Part shown: positions 56,957 through 64,000 of the stretch, piece by piece
Layout of the letters: each line of letters opens with the position of its first letter
How positions within the stretch are numbered: the first letter of the stretch is position 1
Source of the DNA: Burkholderiales bacterium
GTDB lineage: Bacteria > Pseudomonadota > Gammaproteobacteria > Burkholderiales > SG8-39
Assembly: GCA_036262835.1 (NCBI GenBank)
Contig: DATAID010000084.1
Location: forward strand, 9,360-73,359
Reading direction: 5' to 3'
Length of the DNA stretch: 64,000 nt
Program-made: the position numbers and the translations under genes
The notes under the pieces: model-generated
The model's database searches: none
What the model saw: the letters and a program-made list of their open reading frames with translations, nothing else
Told to the model about the DNA's origin: nothing

Positions 56957-57753
56957 CGGCGCGCATGGCCGACGTCAGCTCCACCATCGGCATTCCCGCG
57001 CACGGCGACGTGCCCCGCCATGTCGCCATCATCATGGACGGCAACGGCCGCTGGGCGCGGCGCCGGCGCCTGCCGCGCTTCGCCGGCCACAAGCGCGGCG
57101 TGGAGGCGGTGCGCGAGGTGGTGAAGGCCTGCGCCGAGCGCGGCGTCAGATTCCTGACCCTGTTCGCCTTCAGCTCGGAAAACTGGCGCCGCCCGGCCGA
57201 CGAGGTGGCGCTGCTCATGCAGCTCTTCATCGCCGCGCTCGAGAACGAAGTGAAGAAGCTGCACCGCAACGGCATCCGCCTCAAGGTGATCGGCGATCGC
57301 AGCGCCTTCGACCGCAATATCCAGGACCTGATCGTCGAAGGCGAGGCGCTCACCGCGGAAAACCAGCGGCTCACCCTGACCATCGCGGCCAACTATGGCG
57401 GCCGCTGGGACATCCTGCAGGCGTTCAACCGCCTGCTCGCCGAGCGCGGCGCGGCGAAGGACAGGAGCCTGCAGGAATCGGATCTGGCGCCTCATCTCTC
57501 GATGAGCTACGCGCCGGAGCCCGATCTGTTCATCCGCACCGGCGGCGAGGAGCGCGTCAGCAACTTCCTGCTCTGGCAGCTGGCCTACACCGAGCTTTAT
57601 TTCACCGACACGCTGTGGCCCGATTTCGACGCCGCCGCGCTCGATGCGGCGATCGGTTCCTACCGCTCGCGCGAGCGCCGTTTCGGGCGCACGAGCGAGC
57701 AGCTGGGCGAGGCGGCCGGCAAGCTGCCGTTCCCGGCGGCAACCGACGTCTGA
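56953..57753 (+). CDS. uppS: Ditrans,polycis-undecaprenyl-diphosphate synthase, 266 aa (or 262 aa from ATG 56965)
   Basis: Blocks are [53 protein letters not shown] and RERRFG. Confidence 0.93.
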   Translation: MTARMADVSSTIGIPAHGDVPRHVAIIMDGNGRWARRRRLPRFAGHKRGVEAVREVVKACAERGVRFLTLFAFSSENWRRPADEVALLMQLFIAALENEVKKLHRNGIRLKVIGDRSAFDRNIQDLIVEGEALTAENQRLTLTIAANYGGRWDILQAFNRLLAERGAAKDRSLQESDLAPHLSMSYAPEPDLFIRTGGEERVSNFLLWQLAYTELYFTDTLWPDFDAAALDAAIGSYRSRERRFGRTSEQLGEAAGKLPFPAATDV

Positions 57754-57757
57754 GCGT

Positions 57758-58549
57758 TTGTTCGTCACCCGCCTCCTGACCGCGGCGGCGTTGATCGCCG
57801 CGTTGCTGGGAGCGCTTTTCTGGCTCGACCGGCCAGCGCTCTGCGCCCTGGTCGGCCTGGTCGTGGTCCTGGCCGGCCAGGAATGGGCCTCGCTCGCGGG
57901 CATCCGCGGCGCGGGCGCGTGGGCCTACGGCGCGGCCTGCGCGATCCTGTTCCTGTCGCTCCAGCAAGTCCCTGCGGCCGCGACGGCGCTTTGCGGCGCG
58001 GCGCTCGCTTTCTGGGCGATCGCGGTGCCGATCCTGCTCGCGCGAGGGCAGAAGTCGGCGGCGTTGCGCCTGGGCTCGGGACTCGCCGTGCTCGTCCCGG
58101 CGGGGCTTGCGATGGTCGTACTTCCCCCCCGGCTCGTGCTGCTTGCCCTCGGTCTCGTGTGGATCGCCGACACCGCCGCCTACCTTGTCGGACGGGCCTT
58201 TGGCAAGCGCAAGCTCGCCCCGAAAATCAGCCCCGGCAAAACGTGGGAAGGTGTCATGGGAGGGGCGGTCGGCACCCTTATCTACGCTATGATTTGCGTG
58301 ATGTTTTCCCCGGATCTCGGAGGCCGTGTGGAGGGGGCGATCTGGGTGCCGTTTCTGGCCGCGGCGCTGGCGCTTTTCGTGCTGAGCGTGCTCGGCGACC
58401 TGTTTGAATCGGCGCTCAAGCGGCAGGCGGGCGTGAAGGACAGCGGCAGGCTGCTGCCGGGCCACGGCGGCGTGCTCGACCGCATCGACAGCGCGACGGC
58501 GGTGCTGCCAGTCGCGCTTCTCCTCGCCGAGGCGCTGCGGGCGTCCTGA
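57758..58549 (+). CDS. cdsA: Phosphatidate cytidylyltransferase, 263 aa
   Basis: It has multiple TM segments, [11 protein letters not shown] and the signature [28 protein letters not shown]. The TTG start lies 4 nt after the uppS stop. Confidence 0.9.
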   Translation: MFVTRLLTAAALIAALLGALFWLDRPALCALVGLVVVLAGQEWASLAGIRGAGAWAYGAACAILFLSLQQVPAAATALCGAALAFWAIAVPILLARGQKSAALRLGSGLAVLVPAGLAMVVLPPRLVLLALGLVWIADTAAYLVGRAFGKRKLAPKISPGKTWEGVMGGAVGTLIYAMICVMFSPDLGGRVEGAIWVPFLAAALALFVLSVLGDLFESALKRQAGVKDSGRLLPGHGGVLDRIDSATAVLPVALLLAEALRAS

Positions 58550-58554
58550 AGGGC

Positions 58555-59751
58555 ATGGCGCAGAATCTCATTCTTCTGGGGGCGACCGGCTCGATCGGCC
58601 AGAGCACGCTCGACGTCGTCGCCCGTCATCCCGATCGGTACACGGTACGCGCGCTCTCGGCGCACCGCGCCGCCGACGGTCTGCTCGCCCTGTGCCTGAA
58701 GCACGCGCCGCGCTACGCGGTGCTCTCCGGCATGGCCGAGGAGGGAAGCGTGCGCCGCAAGTTCGCCGAGGCCGGGTGCAGGACCGAGCTCCTCTTCGGC
58801 GCCGCGGCGCTCGAGCGGCTCGCGGCCGACCCGGAAGGCGACATCGTGATGGCGGCGATCGTCGGCGCCGCCGGCCTCCCATCGACCATCGCCGCCGCCC
58901 GGGCGGGAAAGCGGGTGCTGCTCGCCAACAAGGAAGCGCTCGTGATGGCCGGGCCTCTGTTCATGCAGGCGGTGCGCCAGAGCGGCGCCACCTTGCTGCC
59001 CATCGACAGCGAGCACAACGCGGTCTTCCAGTGCTTCACCGAGCGCAGGCTCGTGCGCAAGATCGTCCTCACCGCCTCGGGCGGGCCGTTTCGCACCGCG
59101 CCGCTCGAGCGCCTCGCGCAGGTGACGCCGGAGGAGGCCTGCGCGCATCCCAACTGGGCGATGGGCCGCAAGATCTCGGTCGACTCGGCGACCATGATGA
59201 ACAAGGGCCTCGAAGTGATCGAGGCGTGCTGGCTCTTCGAGATGCCGCCCGAGCGGATCGAGGTCGTGATCCACCCGCAGAGCATCGTGCACTCGCTGGT
59301 CGAATATCTCGACGGCTCGATGATCGCGCAGCTCTCCAATCCGGACATGCGCGTGCCGATCGCGCACGCGCTCGGCTTTCCCGAGCGCATCGAGTCGGGC
59401 GCGCGCTCGCTCGACCTGGCGCAGGTCGGGAGCCTCTCCTTCGAGCCGCCCGACCCGGAGCGCTTTCCCTGCCTCGGCCTCGCGTACGCGGCGCTGCGCG
59501 CCGGCGGCACCGCCCCGGCCGCGCTGAACGCCGCCAACGAGGTCGCCGTCGCCGCTTTCCTCGACGGGCGGCTGCGCTACACCGCGATTCCCGGGGTGAT
59601 CGCCCATGCGCTCGAGCGCAGCGCCGCCGGTCCGGCGGATTCGCTCGAGGCGGTGCTCGAAGCCGATCGTCTGGCGCGCCGCCTCGCCAACGAGCGCATC
59701 GCCGCCCGGGGCAGCGAGCGCCTCGGCGCGCTGGGCGGGCGCGCGGCATGA
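58555..59751 (+). CDS. dxr: 1-deoxy-D-xylulose-5-phosphate reductoisomerase, 398 aa
   Basis: Blocks are [60 protein letters not shown] and HPQSIVHS. Confidence 0.95.
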   Translation: MAQNLILLGATGSIGQSTLDVVARHPDRYTVRALSAHRAADGLLALCLKHAPRYAVLSGMAEEGSVRRKFAEAGCRTELLFGAAALERLAADPEGDIVMAAIVGAAGLPSTIAAARAGKRVLLANKEALVMAGPLFMQAVRQSGATLLPIDSEHNAVFQCFTERRLVRKIVLTASGGPFRTAPLERLAQVTPEEACAHPNWAMGRKISVDSATMMNKGLEVIEACWLFEMPPERIEVVIHPQSIVHSLVEYLDGSMIAQLSNPDMRVPIAHALGFPERIESGARSLDLAQVGSLSFEPPDPERFPCLGLAYAALRAGGTAPAALNAANEVAVAAFLDGRLRYTAIPGVIAHALERSAAGPADSLEAVLEADRLARRLANERIAARGSERLGALGGRAA

Positions 59752-61112
59752 GCTTCCTGCAGTACGTCCTGTGGTTCGTGATCGCGCTCGGCGTGCTGAT
59801 CGTCGTGCACGAATACGGCCACTACCTCGTCGCGCGCCTGTGCGGCGTCAAGGTGCTGCGCTTCTCGGTCGGCTTCGGGCGGCCGCTGCTCCTGTGGCGC
59901 CTGGGGCGCGATCGCACCGAGTGGGTCCTCGCGGCCGTGCCCTTCGGCGGCTACGTGAAGATGCTCGACGAGCGCGAAGGCCCGGTCGAGCCCGCCGAGC
60001 TGCCGCGCGCGTTCAACCGGCAGGGCGTGAGCCGACGCTTCCTCATCGTCGCCGCGGGGCCGGTGTTCAACTTCCTGTTTGCCATCGCCGTCTACGCCGG
60101 CCTGTACATGCACGGACTGCCGGAGGCGCGGCCGGTCCTCGCGGCTCCCGCGGCGGGCACCCGTGCCGCGCAGGCGGGCTTCGCCGCGGGCGACCTCGTG
60201 CGCGCCATTTCCGGCGAGTCGATCGCCACCTGGCAGGACCTGCGCTGGCGCGTGCTGCAGGGGGCGCTGCAGCGCGAGACGCTGCGCTTCGAAGTGGCCG
60301 ATGCGCGCGGCGGGATCGCGGAGCGAACGCTTGAGCTGCGCGACTATCCCTCGGAAGAGGTCGAGAGCGACACGATGGAGCGGCTCGGCCTGCGCCTGTT
60401 CCGCCGGCCGCTCGACCCCGTCATCGGCCAGCTCGCCCCCGGGAGCGCGGCCGAGCGCGCCGGCCTGCAACCGAACGACCGCGTGACGCGCATCGGCGGC
60501 AAGCCGATGGCGACCTGGGAAGACCTCGTGCGCGAGGTGCGCCGCAGCGCCGGCAAGCGGCTCGTGCTCACGATCCAGCGCGGCGAGGTGACCACCGAGG
60601 TCGCGGTGACGCCCGATGCGGTCACGGAAAAGGGCGAAACCTTCGGGCGGCTGGGCGCGATCGCGCGCGCGCCCTCGACGCAGGACGACAAGATCGTCGT
60701 CAAGATGTCCTACGGACCGGTGCCCGCGCTCGGCAAGGCGATCGTCAAGACCTGGGACATTTCGATCTTCAGCCTGAAGATGCTGGGCAAGATGCTGGTG
60801 GGCGAAGTGTCCTGGAAGCACCTCTCGGGCCCCGTCACGATCGCCGAATACGCCGGCCAGTCGGCGCAACTCGGCTGGATTCCGTTCGTGCTCTTTCTCG
60901 CGCTGATCAGCATCAGCCTCGGCGTGCTCAACCTGCTGCCGATACCGCTCCTCGACGGTGGGCACTTGATGTACTATGCGGTGGAAATAATCAAGGGGAG
61001 TCCGGTGTCCGAGCGAGCCATGGAGCTCGGGCAGCGAGCAGGGCTCGCGCTTCTCCTGGTCATCATGGCATTCGCTCTCTACAACGATTTGAATCGCGTG
61101 CTGACGGGCTAG
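59748..61112 (+). CDS. rseP: RIP zinc metalloprotease RseP, 454 aa
   Basis: The HExxH motif is in [11 protein letters not shown]. Two PDZ-like segments follow, and the C-terminal block is [13 protein letters not shown]. The ATG overlaps the dxr stop (ATGA). Confidence 0.92.
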   Translation: MSFLQYVLWFVIALGVLIVVHEYGHYLVARLCGVKVLRFSVGFGRPLLLWRLGRDRTEWVLAAVPFGGYVKMLDEREGPVEPAELPRAFNRQGVSRRFLIVAAGPVFNFLFAIAVYAGLYMHGLPEARPVLAAPAAGTRAAQAGFAAGDLVRAISGESIATWQDLRWRVLQGALQRETLRFEVADARGGIAERTLELRDYPSEEVESDTMERLGLRLFRRPLDPVIGQLAPGSAAERAGLQPNDRVTRIGGKPMATWEDLVREVRRSAGKRLVLTIQRGEVTTEVAVTPDAVTEKGETFGRLGAIARAPSTQDDKIVVKMSYGPVPALGKAIVKTWDISIFSLKMLGKMLVGEVSWKHLSGPVTIAEYAGQSAQLGWIPFVLFLALISISLGVLNLLPIPLLDGGHLMYYAVEIIKGSPVSERAMELGQRAGLALLLVIMAFALYNDLNRVLTG

Positions 61113-61114
61113 CC

Positions 61115-63421
61115 ATGCACAAGCATTTACTTGCCGCGGCCGGCTTCTTCCTGCGCCCAGCGCTGCTGCTGGCGCTGCTGCTGGCGGGCGTGGCGCACGC
61201 GCAGTCCTTCAAGCCGTTCGTGGTCAAGGACATCCGCGTCGAAGGCCTGCAGCGCACCGAGCCCGGCACGGTCTTCAGCTACCTGCCGGTGAAGGTCGGC
61301 GAAACCCTGGACGAGGAGAAAGCGCAGCAGGCGCTGCGCGCGCTCTTCGCGACCGGGTTTTTTCGCGATGTGCGCCTGGAGGTCGAGAACAGCGTGCTCG
61401 TCATCCTGGTCGAGGAGCGGCCCGCCATCGCGTCGGTCGACATGACCGGCGTGAAGGAATTCGAGACCGACGTGCTGAAGAGGATCCTGCGCGATGTCGG
61501 CCTCGCCGAAGGCCGCACCTTCGACCGCGCGGTGCTCGAGAACGCCGAGCAGGAGCTAAAGCGCCAGTACCTTTCGCGCGGACTCTACGCCGCGGAAGTC
61601 CAGACCACGGTCACCCCGCTCGAGCGCAACCGCGTCGGCATCAACATCTCGGTGACCGAGGGACAGGCCGCCAAGATCCGCTCCATCAACCTGGTCGGCG
61701 CGCAGGCGTTTGCCGAGAAGGAGCTGCTCGAGCAGCTCGCGCTGCGCACGCCCGGCTGGCTGACCTGGTACACCAAGGCCGACCAGTACTCCAAGCAGAA
61801 GCTGCAGGCCGACCTGGAGACGCTCAAGTCGTTCTACCAGAACCGCGGCTACCTGGATTTCAGCGTCGACTCCACGCAGGTCTCGATCACGCCCGACCGG
61901 CGCGACATCTACATCACGATCAACGTGACCGAAGGCGAGAAGTACACCGTCTCGAGCGTCGCGCTCGAGGGGCAGACGCTCGTGCCGCGCGAGGAGCTGC
62001 AGAAGCTGATCAAGGTGAAGCCGGGCGAGGTGTTCTCGCGCCAGCGCCTGACCGAATCCACCAAGGCCATCGCCGACCGGCTCGGCAACGAGGGCTACGC
62101 CTTCGCGAACGCCAACGCGATCCCCCAGGTCGACAAGGACAAGCGCACCGTCGCCTTCAGCATCGTCGTCGATCCCGGCCGGCGCGTGTACGTGCGGCGC
62201 ATCAACATCGCCGGCAACACGCGCACGCGCGACGAGGTGATCCGGCGCGAGATGCGCCAGCTCGAGGGCTCGTACTACGACGCCTCCAAGATCCAGCTCT
62301 CGAAGGCGCGCATCGACAAGACGCAGTACTTCAAGGACGTCGGCGTCGACACGGCGCCGGTCGCCGAAAACCAGGACCAGGTCGACGTCAACTTCACCGT
62401 CGAGGAAAAGCCGACCGGCGCGCTGCTGCTCGGCGCGGGCTTCTCCTCGGTGGACAAGCTGGTGCTCTCCGGGTCGGTGTCGCAGTCCAACGTCTTCGGC
62501 AGCGGAAAGTACATTTCGGCGCAGGTCAATACCGGCAAGGTGAACCGCACCTACGCGCTGTCCTACGTGAACCCGTATTTCACGATCGACGGCATCAGCC
62601 AGGGGTTCGACGCGTACTACCGCACGGTCAACGCCTCCTCGCTCGTGGTCGGCCCCTACATCACGCGGTCCCTGGGCGGCGGCGTGAAGTTCGGCTATCC
62701 GGTCACCGAGTTCGACACGGTGAACTTCGGCCTCAACGCGGAGAACGTCGAGCTCGAGCTCTTCAGCAACAGTCCGCTCACCTACCGGACCTTCGCCTCG
62801 CAGTTCGGCAACAAGTACTCCTACGCCGCGGGCACGGCCGGCTGGCTGCGCGACCGGCGCGACAGCGCGATCCTCACGACGCGCGGCGCAATCACCAAAG
62901 CGAGCGCCGAGCTCGCCGGCGGCGACCTGCAGTACTACCGGCTGAACGCCAACGCCCAGTGGTTCCATCCGCTCAGCCAGACGCTGACCCTCTCGCTGCT
63001 CGGCGACATCGGCTACGTGCACGGCCTGGGCAACCGGGTGGTGCCGTTCTTCAAGAATTTCTACGCCGGCGGCCCGGGATCGATCCGTGGCTTCCGCGCC
63101 TTCTCGGTCGGCCCGCAGGACGCCGATCGCAACGTGCTGGGCGGCACGCGCCGGGTGTCGGGCAGCGCCGAGGTGTACTTCCCCGTGCCGGGCGCGCAGC
63201 AGGACAAGTCGCTGCGGCTCTCGGTGTTCCTCGATGCGGGGCAGGCCTACGGCGCCGACCAGAAATTCGATCTCGGCGACCTGCGCTACTCGACGGGCCT
63301 CGGCCTTGCCTGGAACTCGCCATTCGGGCCGCTGCGGGTTTCCATCGCGCAGCCGCTCAACGCCAAGAAAGGCTTTGACCGCGTCGAACGGTTACAATTG
63401 AACGTAGGCACGACGTTCTAG
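61115..63421 (+). CDS. bamA: Outer membrane protein assembly factor BamA, 768 aa
   Basis: It has a signal peptide, POTRA repeats (FVVKDIRVEGLQRTE..., IRSINLVG..., VRRINIAGNTRTRDEVIRREM) and a C-terminal beta-barrel ending in a terminal Phe (GTTF). Confidence 0.95.
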   Translation: MHKHLLAAAGFFLRPALLLALLLAGVAHAQSFKPFVVKDIRVEGLQRTEPGTVFSYLPVKVGETLDEEKAQQALRALFATGFFRDVRLEVENSVLVILVEERPAIASVDMTGVKEFETDVLKRILRDVGLAEGRTFDRAVLENAEQELKRQYLSRGLYAAEVQTTVTPLERNRVGINISVTEGQAAKIRSINLVGAQAFAEKELLEQLALRTPGWLTWYTKADQYSKQKLQADLETLKSFYQNRGYLDFSVDSTQVSITPDRRDIYITINVTEGEKYTVSSVALEGQTLVPREELQKLIKVKPGEVFSRQRLTESTKAIADRLGNEGYAFANANAIPQVDKDKRTVAFSIVVDPGRRVYVRRINIAGNTRTRDEVIRREMRQLEGSYYDASKIQLSKARIDKTQYFKDVGVDTAPVAENQDQVDVNFTVEEKPTGALLLGAGFSSVDKLVLSGSVSQSNVFGSGKYISAQVNTGKVNRTYALSYVNPYFTIDGISQGFDAYYRTVNASSLVVGPYITRSLGGGVKFGYPVTEFDTVNFGLNAENVELELFSNSPLTYRTFASQFGNKYSYAAGTAGWLRDRRDSAILTTRGAITKASAELAGGDLQYYRLNANAQWFHPLSQTLTLSLLGDIGYVHGLGNRVVPFFKNFYAGGPGSIRGFRAFSVGPQDADRNVLGGTRRVSGSAEVYFPVPGAQQDKSLRLSVFLDAGQAYGADQKFDLGDLRYSTGLGLAWNSPFGPLRVSIAQPLNAKKGFDRVERLQLNVGTTF

Positions 63422-63446
63422 CCGGAAAGGAAGGCTGCCCCGTCCC

Positions 63447-63962
63447 ATGGTTCGCTACTTGTTGCTCCTCGCCGCCGCCGCCGCGTGCGCCGCGCCGGCC
63501 GGCAGCGCGCTCGCCCAGAGCAAGATCGGCGTGGTCCAGATCGAGCGCATCGTGCGCGACTCGGTGCCCGCGGTGCGCGCGCAGAAGAAGCTCGAGGCGG
63601 AATTCGCCAAGCGCGAGGCCGAGCTCGCCAAGGTTTCGGATCAATTGAAGCGCCAGCAGGACGAGCTGGAGAAGGAGGGCGTCACGATGTCGGAGACCGT
63701 GCGCCGGAACAAGGAGCGCGACTTCAACGACCAGAGCCGCGAGTTCCAGCGCAAGCAGCGCGAGTACCGCGAGGACGTCAACCAGCGCCGCAACGAGGAG
63801 CTCGCGCAGGTCATCGACCAGGCGAACCGCGTCATCCGGCAGATCGCCGAGAGCGAGAAGTACGACATCATCTTCCAGGAAGCCGCCTACGCGAATCCGC
63901 GCATCGACATCACCGACAAGGTGATCAAGATGATGGAAGGCAAGCCCGCCGCGACAAAATGA
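63447..63962 (+). CDS. skp: Periplasmic chaperone Skp (OmpH family), 171 aa
   Basis: It has a signal peptide (LLLLAAAAACAAPAGSALA), KIGVVQIERI and a long charged coiled-coil core. It sits between bamA and lpxD. Confidence 0.88.
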   Translation: MVRYLLLLAAAAACAAPAGSALAQSKIGVVQIERIVRDSVPAVRAQKKLEAEFAKREAELAKVSDQLKRQQDELEKEGVTMSETVRRNKERDFNDQSREFQRKQREYREDVNQRRNEELAQVIDQANRVIRQIAESEKYDIIFQEAAYANPRIDITDKVIKMMEGKPAATK

Positions 63963-63963
63963 C

Positions 63964-64000
63964 ATGCCCGGGCCGTACACGCTCGCGCAGATCGCGTCGC
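63964..64000 (+). CDS. lpxD: Probable start of UDP-3-O-acylglucosamine N-acyltransferase (only 12 codons in window)
   Basis: MPGPYTLAQIAS begins 1 nt after the skp stop. The call rests almost entirely on the conserved bamA-skp-lpxD order. Confidence 0.45.
   Translation, partial: MPGPYTLAQIAS

Overview
High-GC (about two thirds G+C by eye), very tightly packed chromosomal window. Gene content and order look betaproteobacterial, which is an inference from synteny such as smc-zipA-ligA, M50-trpS-scpA-scpB-rluB, rimP-nusA-infB-rbfA-truB-rpsO-pnp and map/glnD next to rpsB-tsf-pyrH-frr-uppS-cdsA-dxr-rseP-bamA-skp-lpxD. I call 62 protein-coding genes (two truncated by the window edges), a tRNA-Pro/Arg/His cluster, five hairpin terminators or attenuators and several candidate operators. 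About 80% of the window is core housekeeping. At least 13 gene junctions are 4-8 nt start/stop overlaps (ATGA/GTGA type), and GTG/TTG starts are common. I found no transposase, integrase, CRISPR array, phage gene or recognisable defence system, and no coding gap larger than about 155 bp. Two stretches look accessory. The first is 5414-10302, two divergent operons of poorly defined enzymes: a signal-less SBP-like protein coupled to a CoA-transferase, and RutE-like, PhzF-like, 4-TM and C45 NTN-hydrolase genes. The second is 10299-19235, one long minus-strand unit joining an ~1111-aa three-module Fe-S flavoprotein, an orphan LivM-type permease, a 67-aa ribbon-helix-helix-like protein and a complete Liv-type ABC importer, with two AT-rich palindromic sites. 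The second is my best candidate for an undescribed functional unit, but the evidence is architectural only. All calls rest on reading the translations and motifs; no database search was possible, and start codons are the least certain part.
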